From positions 192,944-256,943 of the forward strand of contig CAYLPP010000002.1 of assembly GCA_964385615.1 (NCBI GenBank): a DNA stretch of 64,000 nucleotides. Reading direction: 5' to 3'. A program made the position numbers and the translations under genes. Position 1 is the first letter of the stretch, and every line of letters starts with the position of its first letter. The DNA comes from an uncultured bacterium. Lineage in GTDB: Bacteria; Omnitrophota; Omnitrophia; Omnitrophales; Aquincolibacteriaceae. Below are positions 1 to 10,947 of the stretch, piece by piece. The notes below the pieces were generated by a model. That model was not told where the DNA came from. It searched no databases and saw only the letters and a program-made list of their open reading frames with translations.

Positions 1-757
1 AGGTGCCTTTGCGCTGTCCCTCTAATCTTGTTTCTTGGATTAAAGCCAAAACTAGAATAACGGTAAAGACGAGCGAGGACCCGATGGTCCCAAAATCGAT
101 ACCGCCTTTTTCGGAGGATTTGGTCAAAAAATCCCCAAAAGTGGCTCCGAAAGGCCGGGTCATGACGAAAGCAATCCAGAACAGCAGGATTTTCGAGATT
201 TTCGTGAAATAGTGCAGAAGGGCAGTCAAGATCAAGAGGAGCGATAAAATAATGGCGCTGGCCATAAATCCAAGCCCCAGATTGTCAGCAAGAAAATCGC
301 CGGCCGCCGTACCGAGCGTGTTCGCGATCAAAAAAGCAATCCAATAATAAATTTCCGAAGAGGATGACGTAATATATTCAACGTCAATCGACTTATCCTT
401 TTTGTACCACAGACCTAGCACAGCCAGTAGGGACAGAATTAAAACAAGAGACCCCCACATGTAACCCAGCCCCAAAGTGCGGTCGATAAAATCAGATATA
501 GCTGTGCCTGCAATGGCGCTCGCCGTAAAAGTCATCCAATAAACAACCGGATGGTAGCTTTTTAAAAAAAGTTTGATAGTTAGAAAGACGAGAAAAAAGC
601 CCATGAAAATTAAGATGGTTGACGCATAACCTAAATTAAAAGTCATTGAAAACATGTCCGCGCCTGTTTCACCCAAAGTCGTGGAAGCAATTTTGATAAC
701 CCAATAAATAAAAATAATATGGGGGACTCTATTGACGGCGGATTGATTCATTTTCAT
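1..757 (-). CDS. Polytopic membrane protein, partial (3' end runs off window start); repeated LGxxAGDFL / LGLG modules
   Basis: Minus-strand reading frame is open from about 757 to the window edge. The translation is highly hydrophobic with repeated GDFL-containing helices. A GGAAGG Shine-Dalgarno-like motif lies 6 nt before an ATG near 751. The gene is not in the ORF track because it lacks an in-window stop; it overlaps the likely spurious ORF at 3..212 on the plus strand. Confidence 0.45.
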   Translation of the reverse strand, partial: MKMNQSAVNRVPHIIFIYWVIKIASTTLGETGADMFSMTFNLGYASTILIFMGFFLVFLTIKLFLKSYHPVVYWMTFTASAIAGTAISDFIDRTLGLGYMWGSLVLILSLLAVLGLWYKKDKSIDVEYITSSSSEIYYWIAFLIANTLGTAAGDFLADNLGLGFMASAIILSLLLILTALLHYFTKISKILLFWIAFVMTRPFGATFGDFLTKSSEKGGIDFGTIGSSLVFTVILVLALIQETRLEGQRKGT

Positions 758-826
758 CCTTCCCATGGTATAAAAAATAAAAAAGGCGCTGCGAGATTAT
801 ACACCCGCAGCGCCTTTTGGTAAAAA

Positions 827-899
827 CTCCCCCGCGTGGGCTCGAACCACGGACAAGCGCGTTAACAGCGCGCTGCTCTACCAACTGAGCTACAGGGGA
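827..899 (-). tRNA. tRNA-Asn (anticodon GTT), no encoded CCA
   Basis: The reverse complement reads TCCCCTGTAGCTCAGTTGGTAGAGCAGCGCGCTGTTAACGCGC...GGTTCGAGCCCACGCGGGGGAG. It folds as a cloverleaf: 7-bp acceptor stem with one G-U pair, anticodon loop CTGTTAA, T-loop TTCGAGC. It is close to the E. coli tRNA-Asn pattern. Confidence 0.85.
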
Positions 900-972
900 A
901 TGAATCGATTAAAACAGGGAGGTATTATATGAGAGACTCCCTATACGGTCAAAGCAAAACTCTGTGCTATAA

Positions 973-1260
973 TTGGCGCCTCAGCCCATGAAAAAACCTT
1001 CGAAATTCAATGATTTGCTGGAAGTGCCCGGTATCGGTAAAAGTCTGGCTGAAGATTTGATGAATATTGGTGTCCGCCGTGTCGCGGATCTGAAAGGCCG
1101 TGACCCGGAGAAACTTTACCGCAGGCTCTGTGAGTATGAAGGGGTCCGGCTCGACCCTTGTGTGCTTTACACGTTTCGGTGCGCGGTTTATTACGCTTCA
1201 AATGCGCGTCATAAACCGGAACTCCTGAAATGGTGGAATTGGAAAGACCGTAAACTTTAA
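973..1260 (+). CDS. Small helix-hairpin-helix (HhH) DNA-binding protein, Cdd1-like; the true start may be the ATG at 988
   Basis: 95-aa ORF with an HhH signature LLEVPGIGKSLAEDL near the N-terminus. Size is typical of small HhH proteins. Confidence 0.5.
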   Translation: MAPQPMKKPSKFNDLLEVPGIGKSLAEDLMNIGVRRVADLKGRDPEKLYRRLCEYEGVRLDPCVLYTFRCAVYYASNARHKPELLKWWNWKDRKL

Positions 1261-1271
1261 CCGGAGGTTCC

Positions 1272-1649
1272 ATGACCAGCGCGCATTCTGAACATTTACA
1301 CAAAAAACATTATCATTCATTTATTCACCGCGGGCTTTATTCCCTCGGCTTGATCAGCGCCGTCCTTTTGGCGGGCACGGCCGGTATGCACCTGTTGGAG
1401 CGTTTCTCCTGGCTGGACGCTTTTTATTTTACCAGCATGATCGCGACCGGCCAGGGCCCCGCGCCCAATGTGGTTCCGGTGACGGCCGGAGGAAAAATTT
1501 TCACCTGCTTCCTCTCGTTCATCTCAGTGGGTTCCATGATCGCTTCACTCGGATTTTTGTTCGGCCCGTTTTTCGGTCAGCTGTGGCGGGTGGGAGTTGT
1601 GAAGCTGGAAGACGAAATCGAGCACCTCAAAAAGAAGTCTGAAAAATAA
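1272..1649 (+). CDS. Two-transmembrane ion-channel-like protein (Ion_trans_2-like) with a non-canonical selectivity filter
   Basis: TM1 is LGLISAVLLAGTAGMHLL. The pore-helix-like segment WLDAFYFTSMIAT is followed by GQGPAP where K+ channels have TVGYGD. TM2 is IFTCFLSFISVGSMIASLGFLF. Confidence 0.5.
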   Translation: MTSAHSEHLHKKHYHSFIHRGLYSLGLISAVLLAGTAGMHLLERFSWLDAFYFTSMIATGQGPAPNVVPVTAGGKIFTCFLSFISVGSMIASLGFLFGPFFGQLWRVGVVKLEDEIEHLKKKSEK

Positions 1650-1665
1650 GAGCGTTTAAAACGGC

Positions 1666-2370
1666 TCAAAATTTTCCGGGCCGGTAAGCGGACAGCGACT
1701 CCCGCTTCCGTCCGAATCCCTCGTGAATCTCCAGAGTAAATCCATTTTTTTTCAGGGCTTGCTTCAGCGCGCTGTTGCACGCGTGTGTCGCGACGAAGCA
1801 GGGCCGGGCGGAAGCTTTTTCGAAAAAACTTTCCAGGAATTCGGGCTCCCAGAGCTGGGGGCAGGTTTTGGGGCTGAAGGCGTCAAATAGAATGGAATGG
1901 GATTCAGGCGGAACGGTTTCTTCAACCGGACCTGAAAATTCGAGCCGTCTTTCGTTCAGCATTTTTAAGAGAAATATTTTCGCTTCCTTCGCGGGGCTGG
2001 CGTATTTTTTAGAATAGAGTCCGGCGATTTCTTCATAAACGGGAGACAGTTCAGAAGGGGAATCTTTCAGCCAGTCCGTGAAAAATTCTTTCAGGGAATC
2101 GATCGACTCATAGCTGACGATCTTCGCCGGTTTCTGCCCGCGGCGCAGAGCTTCGAAAGCAATGAGGAGTTCGTTGTAGCCCAGGCCTAATCCCAGAGAA
2201 AGAAAAACCGGTTCTTGAACCGTGTCGAAAGCGTTTTCAATCACGGGCTGGTAAATAATCTGCCGTTCCGTGAACGCGCCTTCTTCGGCGTGCATTCGCT
2301 CCCACGTAGGCCCCACGGACAGCGTCGGGCTTCCGTCCGCGGTTACGAAATGTTTGTATTCAAAAGTCAT
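1666..2370 (-). CDS. MnmC-like SAM-dependent methyltransferase domain protein (DUF752-like), probably leaderless
   Basis: The ORF track gives 1666..2388 from a TTG. An in-frame ATG (MTFEYKHFVTADGSPTL) lies at 2370. A minus-strand TATAAT (plus coordinates 2377-2382) sits 6 nt upstream of that ATG. The N-terminal pattern is as I recall for the MnmC methyltransferase domain. Confidence 0.55.
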   Translation of the reverse strand: MTFEYKHFVTADGSPTLSVGPTWERMHAEEGAFTERQIIYQPVIENAFDTVQEPVFLSLGLGLGYNELLIAFEALRRGQKPAKIVSYESIDSLKEFFTDWLKDSPSELSPVYEEIAGLYSKKYASPAKEAKIFLLKMLNERRLEFSGPVEETVPPESHSILFDAFSPKTCPQLWEPEFLESFFEKASARPCFVATHACNSALKQALKKNGFTLEIHEGFGRKRESLSAYRPGKF

Positions 2371-2382
2371 GGGGGGATTATA
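2371..2382 (-). promoter_or_regulatory. -10 box TATAAT followed by CCCCCC, directly abutting the ATG of the MnmC-like gene (candidate leaderless start)
   Basis: Minus strand reads ...TTTTTTATTGGTGTATAATCCCCCCATGACT. There is no room for a Shine-Dalgarno sequence. Confidence 0.35.
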
Positions 2383-2390
2383 CACCAATA

Positions 2391-2428
2391 AAAAAGGCCG
2401 GACGGTTTTACCCGCCCGGCCTTTTTAA
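2391..2428. terminator. Rho-independent terminator at the end of the groEL operon (stem-loop flanked by A/T runs on both strands)
   Basis: Sequence AAAAAAGGCCGGACGGTTTTACCCGCCCGGCCTTTTT. The minus-strand hairpin GGCCGGGCGGGTAAAACCGTCCGGCC is followed by TTTTTTATT, immediately after the groEL stop at 2438. Confidence 0.6.
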
Positions 2429-2437
2429 ACCTGCCGA

Positions 2438-4075
2438 TTAAGAAACCGAGTTGCTGTAAGCCGATTTCTCTTTGTTCTTCTTGTCTTTGTCGTCATCCTT
2501 TTTGGGCTTGTCCGAAATCGCGCATTCGGTGGTCAAAAACATGCCGGCGATGCTGGCAGCGTTTTCAATCGCGGAGCGCACGACTTTGGCGGGATCAATC
2601 ACGCCTTCGGCGATTAAATCAGTGTACTCGCCGGTAGCCGCGTTGAAGCCGTTGGAGCCTTTGGATTCGAGGATGGTTTTCACGACGACCGAACCGTCAA
2701 AACCCGCGTTCTGCGCGATTTTGCGGGCCGGCTCTTCAAGCGCGCGGCGGATAATATCCACGCCGGTCGCTTCGTCCCCTTCAGCCTTGATGCTGTCGAG
2801 CGCGGCAATCGAGCGCAGGAAAGCGACACCGCCGCCGGGCACAATGCCTTCAGCCGCGGCCGCGAGGGTCGCGTGCTTGGCGTCGTCAAGGCGGGCTTTC
2901 TTTTCCTTCATCTCAACTTCCGTCGCGGCTCCGACTTTCAGCACGGCCACGCCGCCGGAAAGTTTCGCGAGACGTTCCTGAAGTTTTTCCTTGTCGTACT
3001 CCGAGTCCGACTTGGCGATCTGAGCGCGGATCTGTTCACAGCGTTCCTTAATGCTTTTCTGTGAACCGGCACCGCCCACGATCGTGGTGTTATCTTTATC
3101 AATCACGACACGCTGAGCGGAACCCAGCACATCGGTATCGAGATTTTCAAGCTTCTGACCCAGGTCTTCAGCGATGAACTGACCCTTGGTCATGATGGCA
3201 AGATCTTCCATCATGGATTTCCGGCGGTCGCCGAAACCAGGGGACTTAATCGCGGCAATCTGCAGAACCCCGCGGATTTTGTTCACGACCAAAGTTGCAA
3301 GCGCTTCACCTTCGATATCTTCAGCAATCAAAAGAAGCGGACGGCCGAGGCGGGCGACTTTTTCCAGAATCGGAATCAGTTCCTTGATGGCCGTGATCTT
3401 CTTTTCATACAGAAGAATGTAAGGGTCCTTCAAAACGACTTCCATGCGTTCAGCGTCGGTCACGAAATAAGGGGAAATGTAACCGCGGTCAAACTGCATA
3501 CCCTCCACCAGCTGAAGTTCAGTCTTCATGGTGTTGGATTCTTCAACCGTGATCACGCCGTCCTTGGTGACCTTTTCGATAGCTTCCGCCAAAAGCTCGC
3601 CAATTTGGGCATCTCCGTTGGCGCTGATCGTGCCGACGGCCTTGATATCCTCTTTGCCCTTTACAGGCTTGGCGAGTTTCTTGATGGATTCCACGACCTT
3701 GGCAGTTGCCAGATCGATACCGCGTTTAAGCGACATCGGGTTGGCGCCGGCCGTGACGTTCTTCAGACCTTCGGTGATGATGGCCTGCGCGAGAACGGTC
3801 GCGGTGGTGGTGCCGTCTCCGGCCATGTCCGCGGTTTTCTCAGCCACTTCCTTGACCATCTGCGCGCCCATGTTTTCGTAGCTGTCTTTCAGTTCAATTT
3901 CTTTGGCTACGGAAACGCCGTCTTTGGTGATGGTTGGCGCGCCGAACTTACGGTCGATCACAACGTTGCGTCCGCGGGGACCCAGCGTAACGCTGACCGC
4001 GCGGGCGAGGATATCCACACCGCGTTTAAGTTTGCGGCGTGCTTCCTCTGAATACGACAGTTGTTTTCCTGACAT
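2438..4075 (-). CDS. groEL: Chaperonin GroEL paralog lacking the C-terminal GGM tail (charged K/D-rich tail instead)
   Basis: 545 aa with canonical GroEL blocks ([43 protein letters not shown]). The C-terminus is ...[24 protein letters not shown]. Confidence 0.95.
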   Translation of the reverse strand: MSGKQLSYSEEARRKLKRGVDILARAVSVTLGPRGRNVVIDRKFGAPTITKDGVSVAKEIELKDSYENMGAQMVKEVAEKTADMAGDGTTTATVLAQAIITEGLKNVTAGANPMSLKRGIDLATAKVVESIKKLAKPVKGKEDIKAVGTISANGDAQIGELLAEAIEKVTKDGVITVEESNTMKTELQLVEGMQFDRGYISPYFVTDAERMEVVLKDPYILLYEKKITAIKELIPILEKVARLGRPLLLIAEDIEGEALATLVVNKIRGVLQIAAIKSPGFGDRRKSMMEDLAIMTKGQFIAEDLGQKLENLDTDVLGSAQRVVIDKDNTTIVGGAGSQKSIKERCEQIRAQIAKSDSEYDKEKLQERLAKLSGGVAVLKVGAATEVEMKEKKARLDDAKHATLAAAAEGIVPGGGVAFLRSIAALDSIKAEGDEATGVDIIRRALEEPARKIAQNAGFDGSVVVKTILESKGSNGFNAATGEYTDLIAEGVIDPAKVVRSAIENAASIAGMFLTTECAISDKPKKDDDKDKKNKEKSAYSNSVS

Positions 4076-4155
4076 TTAAGACTCCTTAAGTTAAAGGTTC
4101 CTCGCACTTGAACTGATGGTCCAAGTGCGAAGGCTGGCCGGTTCGTCGAACCGGT

Positions 4156-4449
4156 CTAGCCTTCGTATACAGCGACTAAATCGGCTTCTTTGAGAATCTT
4201 GTGTTTTTTGCCGTCGATGGTGATGTCATCGCCGCCCCATTTGCCGAAGATCACGCGATCACCCTTCTTGACTTCAATCGCCTGCACTTTTCCGGATTCA
4301 AGCACTTTGCCCGAACCGACAGCCACGACTTTACCTTCGCTCTTTTCTTCCTTCGCGGTTTCCGGAAGAAAAATACCGCCGCGGGTTTTTTCTTCGGTTT
4401 CAAGAATTTCAACCAGTACTCTGTCGCCTAACGGTTTAATTTTTCCCAT
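4156..4449 (-). CDS. groES: Co-chaperonin GroES
   Basis: 97 aa, MGKIKPLGDRVLVE...GGIFLPETAKEK...AVGSGK, a typical GroES. It lies between the two groEL genes on the same strand. Confidence 0.95.
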   Translation of the reverse strand: MGKIKPLGDRVLVEILETEEKTRGGIFLPETAKEEKSEGKVVAVGSGKVLESGKVQAIEVKKGDRVIFGKWGGDDITIDGKKHKILKEADLVAVYEG

Positions 4450-4556
4450 TTTTAATTCTCCTTATATTGAGATTTGTTTTAAAAGTTCAATTCTTGGTTA
4501 CCTTCACGGACGGGGCTTTCAAAGCCCCGCCGTGAGGTAATTGCGCATTGGCGCAA

Positions 4557-6266
<1,710 letters not shown>

Positions 6267-6336
6267 TTACGTCTTGTTTGGCACTTGCTCTAATGCGCAA
6301 GTACAGACAGGCACGGCTAAGGAGGCCGTGTCCTGT

Positions 6337-6363
6337 CTAGCACTCAGGTTATCGGAGTGCTAA
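6337..6363. promoter_or_regulatory. CIRCE element (HrcA operator) upstream of the groEL-groES-groEL operon
   Basis: cTAGCACTC-aggttatcg-GAGTGCTAA matches TTAGCACTC-N9-GAGTGCTAA at 17 of 18 positions. It lies 130 bp upstream of the groEL start at 6206. An adjacent 13/14-bp imperfect inverted repeat is at 6305..6338. Confidence 0.85.
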
Positions 6364-6403
6364 ACGGCACTATTTTATAAAGATTGAGGGGAATGTCAAC
6401 CGG

Positions 6404-7165
6404 TTAGGTACGGCAGAGGCCTGTATAAATGGAATACAGGGAATAAACGGAGTGCTTTGGATCCAGAATTTCGAAAGAACGGGTATAGGACCGAAGGTGA
6501 GAAGCGAAACCACCGGTCGCGATGACTTTCATAGGGCCGTATTTGGTTTTAAAACGTTCCACCAGGCCGTCAGCCATGGCTCCGTAACCTTCCAGAATTC
6601 CTGACTTCATGCAGTCGTAAGTATTCGTTCCTAAAAAAGATACAGCCTTTTTAGGAAGCCTGGCCTTCTTGGGCAGGCGCGCGGCTTTATGGATTAACGC
6701 CTGAAAAGCCAGCTCTGGGCCGGGAATAATCATCCCGCCCTCAAAAACTCCCTTCTTGGAAACATAATCAAAGGTGATGGCAGTGCCAAAATCAATGACC
6801 AGAAAGGGGGGCTCAAAACGGCGTAAAGCTCCATAAACATTCACGATACGGTCGGCGCCCAGGCTCCTGAGGGGTTTATAGCGGTGCTTAATCGGGACGG
6901 GAAGGTTTCCGCCAATCACCCAGGCTTTGCCCTTGAGGGCTGAAACAGCCTTTTTGATTTTTAGAGTTAATGGTGGGACAACAGATGATATAACGACATT
7001 AAAGTCTTTAATCGCCCCACTCTTATAACAATTATTGATCAATTTTGGGATATCGTTATGAATGGCCGATCCGGAACGAATCAGACGGCCACTTTTAAAA
7101 AGTCCCCAGGTTGCGGCGGTATTTCCGATATCAAGAACGAGAAGCATAGAGCTCCTGGAGGTCAA
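6404..7165 (-). CDS. coaX: Type III pantothenate kinase (CoaX)
   Basis: 253 aa. The N-terminus MLLVLDIGNTAATWGLF is typical of CoaX, with an ASKHA-fold GG motif (IATGGFA) later. It carries an odd KKARLPKKARLPKKA insertion. Confidence 0.85.
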   Translation of the reverse strand: MTSRSSMLLVLDIGNTAATWGLFKSGRLIRSGSAIHNDIPKLINNCYKSGAIKDFNVVISSVVPPLTLKIKKAVSALKGKAWVIGGNLPVPIKHRYKPLRSLGADRIVNVYGALRRFEPPFLVIDFGTAITFDYVSKKGVFEGGMIIPGPELAFQALIHKAARLPKKARLPKKAVSFLGTNTYDCMKSGILEGYGAMADGLVERFKTKYGPMKVIATGGFASHLRSYTRSFEILDPKHSVYSLYSIYTGLCRT

Positions 7166-7682
7166 TTTCGAATTGGGCCAGCAAATCCCGGAGGATTTCT
7201 TCCCGGTCGAACTTCTGATGTTTGACTTCTTTCATGGAAACCGCTTCCGGCGGTAATTCCTCGGTATTCGCGTTCACATTGAGCCCGATTCCGATGACCA
7301 TGCTTTTAACCTGGGAACCTTCCGTGGAAGATTCCACCAGAACCCCGCAGATTTTTTTGCCGTGTACCATAACATCGTTTGGTCTTTTGAAAGTTGAAAC
7401 GACTCCGTGTTTTCCAAGCACTTGCGCCACGGTACGGCAGGCAATTTGCGTAACAATCGGCGCCTGAGCCGCGGTGACGGGCGGACGGATCAAAAGAGAA
7501 AACAAAAGATTTTTTCCGGCCGGGGATTCCCATTTTCTTCCGGGTTTTCCGCGCCCGCCGGTTTGATAATCCGTAACAATGACAAGGCCTTCGTCCGCGC
7601 CCGCAACCGCGCGCTGCTGAGCCAGGGTGTTGGTGGATTCCAGCTGATCAAATTTTTCGATTTTAAAATTCAGCGTAGTCAT
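7131..7682 (-). CDS. birA: Biotin-protein ligase BirA (catalytic domain; no obvious N-terminal HTH)
   Basis: The ORF track shows 7131..7772, but the upstream part overlaps alr. An in-frame ATG at 7682 (MTTLNFKIEKFDQLESTN) gives a gene abutting the alr stop. It carries the GRGRxGRxW-like motif GGRGKPGRKWESP. It overlaps coaX by 35 nt, as in birA-coaX (baf) arrangements. Confidence 0.8.
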   Translation of the reverse strand: MTTLNFKIEKFDQLESTNTLAQQRAVAGADEGLVIVTDYQTGGRGKPGRKWESPAGKNLLFSLLIRPPVTAAQAPIVTQIACRTVAQVLGKHGVVSTFKRPNDVMVHGKKICGVLVESSTEGSQVKSMVIGIGLNVNANTEELPPEAVSMKEVKHQKFDREEILRDLLAQFEIDLQELYASRS

Positions 7683-7684
7683 TC

Positions 7685-8857
7685 TCAGGAACCGCTCGGC
7701 TGTGAGAAATAAAATCTCGGCAGGCGGGGAGAAAGACGCGTTACGATTTCGTAGGGAATGGTTCCCGCCCATTTGGCCAATTCTTCGGCTGTGATGGATT
7801 TGCCGTTATCTTCGCCCAGCAGAGTGACTTCATCGCCCGCTTTGGCGTTTTCACCCATCAGATCAATCGTGATGTAATCCATGGAAACACGGCCCGCGAT
7901 CGGGAAACGCTTACCTTTATAGAGAACGAAACTCTTGCCGGACAGGCTCCAGGGATAGCCGTGGCTGTAGCCGATCGGCAGAGTCGCGAGTGTGGTCGCG
8001 CGCGAAGCTGTGTAGGTGCGCCCGTAGCCGCAGGTTTGGCCGGCCTCGACTTTTTTAACCAGAATGATGCGTGATTTTAAAGAAAGAACAGGCTTGAAAC
8101 CGCCGGTTTCGATTTGCGGATCCGGCGAGATTCCGTAGAGGATCAACCCTGGCCTGACCAGGTTGAGGCCTTTGATGGCGGGTTTCTCCAGGCAGATATT
8201 GCCCGCGCTGTTGGAAGCGTGGACAAAATGAAAACGGATACCGCCGCTTTCAAATTTATAGAGGATCTCATTCAGAATCTCGAGCTGTTTTTCCGTAAAA
8301 CCGTCTTCGCGTTCAGCAGTTGGGAAGTGCGTGTAAATGCCTTCGACGGTAATTCCAGGCAGAACCATGATTTTCTTTATTTCACGAAAGGCCTCAGCCG
8401 CGGGAATGCCCAGCCGTCCCATGCCGGTATCGACTTTGACATGGACTTTCGCTTTGAGCACGAGAGTTTCGGCGGCTTCGGAAATTTCAGCCGCTTCTTC
8501 GAAAGAGGAGACGCTCAAGGTGGCGCCATTTTTAAGGGCGGCCGCGATTTCTGAACCGAACAGCCGGCCAAAAAGAAAAAGGGGACACTTGATGCCGTGT
8601 TCCCTGAGCTCAAGGATTTCAGACAGGCTGGAAACTCCCAAATAAGCGACACGGCTTGAGATCGCCCGGGCGGTTTCCACCAATCCGTGACCGTAGGCAT
8701 TGGCTTTAACAACGGCCATGACCTGCGGGGCGCTTCCCTTGGCTCCCAGAATTTTCTTAAGAAAGGCAAGATTCTCCGACAGCCGGTCGAGACGGATTTC
8801 AATCCACGAGCTTCGCGCGCCGCGGTCCGTGAGGGGCAGAGTTTCAGCAAGAGGCAT
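7685..8857 (-). CDS. alr: Alanine racemase
   Basis: PLP-site motif VVKANAYGHG plus a C-terminal beta domain. The ORF track start at 8953 overlaps tsaB; an internal ATG at 8857 (MPLAETLP) is more plausible. Confidence 0.85.
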   Translation of the reverse strand: MPLAETLPLTDRGARSSWIEIRLDRLSENLAFLKKILGAKGSAPQVMAVVKANAYGHGLVETARAISSRVAYLGVSSLSEILELREHGIKCPLFLFGRLFGSEIAAALKNGATLSVSSFEEAAEISEAAETLVLKAKVHVKVDTGMGRLGIPAAEAFREIKKIMVLPGITVEGIYTHFPTAEREDGFTEKQLEILNEILYKFESGGIRFHFVHASNSAGNICLEKPAIKGLNLVRPGLILYGISPDPQIETGGFKPVLSLKSRIILVKKVEAGQTCGYGRTYTASRATTLATLPIGYSHGYPWSLSGKSFVLYKGKRFPIAGRVSMDYITIDLMGENAKAGDEVTLLGEDNGKSITAEELAKWAGTIPYEIVTRLSPRLPRFYFSQPSGS

Positions 8858-9554
8858 GAGCGTTTTTTCTTTCTTCAGCTTCGGAAAGCCTGAAATAAAA
8901 GGGGAGCAGTTTCCGGCGCGGAATTTTCTCGACCTTGGAATCTCCCTTTTCAAAAAGAGAGATCAGCGAAGAAGCATTTGGAAACCAGTTCTTTTCATCC
9001 GTGAAGATTATTTTTTTGGCGGAAGATTTTTTGAAAATGGACGCATATTTTGCCAGCGCGTTTCCGGTCACCGTGACTTCGCCCGGCAAAGCCGCTGCGG
9101 TTTCTTCCGCGGATAAAACTTTGGGTTCGTTTTCCGGAATCCAGCTCCCATGCCCGCGCCGATAGACACGAAGATAAATTCTCTCGCGGAATGCGTCCAG
9201 CGCGACGGCCAGGTGAGAGCCTTCCGGCATTCTGCTGAAATTTTTATTTTCAGCAATCAGGTCCATGCTGAGCGCGCCGTAGCAGGGCACTTCCGCTCCG
9301 GCCAGAAAACCTTTGAGTGTGGCAAAGCCGACGCGCAGGCCTGTGAAAGAACCGGGGCCTTTGCCGATCAGGAAAGCGTCAATGTCTTTAAAAGAGGTTT
9401 TTGATTTTTTAAGAAGCTCATCCAGCAGGGGAAGGATTCTTTCCGCGTGATTCATCAGTCCTTTGACAGAACGGGCGTGGACTTTCCCCGAAGTGTCTTT
9501 CAGGGCAAGACTTAAAACAGGACTGGATGTGTCGAGGGCCAGGAGAGCGTTCAT
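8844..9554 (-). CDS. tsaB: tRNA threonylcarbamoyladenosine biosynthesis protein TsaB
   Basis: MNALLALDTSSPVLSLAL... is the typical TsaB N-terminus (ATG at 9554). The 79 aa of the ORF track upstream of it are probably not translated. Confidence 0.75.
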   Translation of the reverse strand: MNALLALDTSSPVLSLALKDTSGKVHARSVKGLMNHAERILPLLDELLKKSKTSFKDIDAFLIGKGPGSFTGLRVGFATLKGFLAGAEVPCYGALSMDLIAENKNFSRMPEGSHLAVALDAFRERIYLRVYRRGHGSWIPENEPKVLSAEETAAALPGEVTVTGNALAKYASIFKKSSAKKIIFTDEKNWFPNASSLISLFEKGDSKVEKIPRRKLLPFYFRLSEAEERKNAHASC

Positions 9555-9645
9555 GCGTGTGAGGTATTCTAATCGTTTCGGGCAGGATTTCACCTGTTTT
9601 TTGTCCTTGCCCGGCTCATTCGGGCCTCTTATAATACCCGCCTCT

Positions 9646-10896
9646 ATGGAATCTAACCGTTGGCTCGAATTCGTTTCCTCCAAAATCAAGTCGCAGATCT
9701 CTTTTGAGAATGCCCGCAAGGCCGAAAACTGGGCCGTGGCGCTTCTGGCCTTTCTGGCTTTGGGCGGGGCTTTCGCGGCGGTTGGAAGCAAGGAAGCCGG
9801 CAGCGACGTTCTTTTTGCGTCAAAAGTTCTCTTTCTCGCTTTATCACACCTTATTTTCGCTTTGGGAGTTTTTCTTCCCGCGGTTCTTCAGAAAGGCCGT
9901 AAACCGCTTGCCAAGCTTTTCGGCATCCGGGATTTCACCAGCCTCTTCACGGTTTTCTTTCTTTTAACTTTTTACGCGGTTGTTATTGCCAATGTCGGCT
10001 GGCAGGCGGCAACGCATCATCCCGCTTACAGCCATTTTTCCGGGTTTTTTCAATTCGCGATGTGGGTCAATCTGCTTCCCGCGTTTTTCTACTGCGCTCT
10101 CGGGCTCTGGTCTTTTCTGGGTTTGGCGTTCTGGCCTTCGGCTTTGAGTAAATTCGCCGAGAAGAGCGGGCGTTCTTTTGGAATCATGCTCGGCGTTCAT
10201 GCCGTGTTTTTTGCCCTGCTTACGATTGCGTACGCGGAAGTAGGGGCTATCGGCAGCCCTGTCTTTTTTGAAACGCTCCGCATTGCCGGACTTTTCTGGG
10301 TTTTTATCGCGAGCTCTTTGTTTTTAGCGGGCCGTCTGCTTGAACCGTCTTTCATTCAGCCGTTGTCAGCGCTTGAGCTGGAAATTACCGCGGGTCGCTT
10401 GGATCGCCCCGAAACCATTCTTTCCCGCTACAAAGATGTTTTTGTTTCTTCCCGTCTTGAGTTCTGGGTTCGCCGCGCGGCCCGTGCCGCTTCTGAGCGC
10501 GCGCATGAGATTGCCGCGCATTGCCATGAAGCGATCGGTTTGGTTAACCGCGAAAAACCTTCTGAGATTGATCTTCGGCAGGTGGATGTGCGTTACCGGA
10601 TGGCGGAAGCGCAGTACAACAAGCTTGAAAAGGAAAGCAGCCGTTTCTTTTTTAACTTCGCGCTTTGGAACCTGAATGAAGTTGAACAGCAGAAAGCCGA
10701 AGATCTTCGGGATCAGTTTTCCAAGGAACTCAGAAACGCCAAGCTTGAAATCGTCAGCGTGCGCAAGCGCATTGACGAACGTTTGATGGCCCTGTGCCCC
10801 ATGCTTCAGCCGGCCTCTCCGGTCGCGGTTTTGTCCGCGCCCGAAAAGACCGAAGTGGTTTCTTCGGAAGAAACCACGACGACTTCTTCCCGCTAA
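9646..10896 (+). CDS. Integral membrane protein with C-terminal coiled-coil region, function unknown
   Basis: ATG at 9646 (MESNRWLEF), downstream of the divergent tsaB start. About 7 predicted TM helices precede a charged helical tail (EAQYNKLEKESS...KELRNAKLEIVSVRKRIDERL). A TATAAT lies at 9630-9635. Confidence 0.6.
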   Translation: MESNRWLEFVSSKIKSQISFENARKAENWAVALLAFLALGGAFAAVGSKEAGSDVLFASKVLFLALSHLIFALGVFLPAVLQKGRKPLAKLFGIRDFTSLFTVFFLLTFYAVVIANVGWQAATHHPAYSHFSGFFQFAMWVNLLPAFFYCALGLWSFLGLAFWPSALSKFAEKSGRSFGIMLGVHAVFFALLTIAYAEVGAIGSPVFFETLRIAGLFWVFIASSLFLAGRLLEPSFIQPLSALELEITAGRLDRPETILSRYKDVFVSSRLEFWVRRAARAASERAHEIAAHCHEAIGLVNREKPSEIDLRQVDVRYRMAEAQYNKLEKESSRFFFNFALWNLNEVEQQKAEDLRDQFSKELRNAKLEIVSVRKRIDERLMALCPMLQPASPVAVLSAPEKTEVVSSEETTTTSSR

Positions 10897-10947
10897 GCTT
10901 TCTTTTATTCGATTGCCTGACCCCCTCGGCTCCTGTATTCTGTTTCC

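Noticed and set aside
3-212. 69-aa ORF at the window start
   Set aside because: It overlaps the much longer minus-strand membrane-protein frame that runs off the window.
6640-6700. Triple LPKKAR hexapeptide repeat inserted in CoaX
   Set aside because: It is a real but short imperfect DNA repeat that may just be a surface-loop expansion. It has no feature suggesting regulation or mobility.
9630-9635. TATAAT 10 nt upstream of the membrane-protein ATG at 9646
   Set aside because: It has no convincing -35 element. It could equally be the divergent tsaB promoter region, so it was not called.
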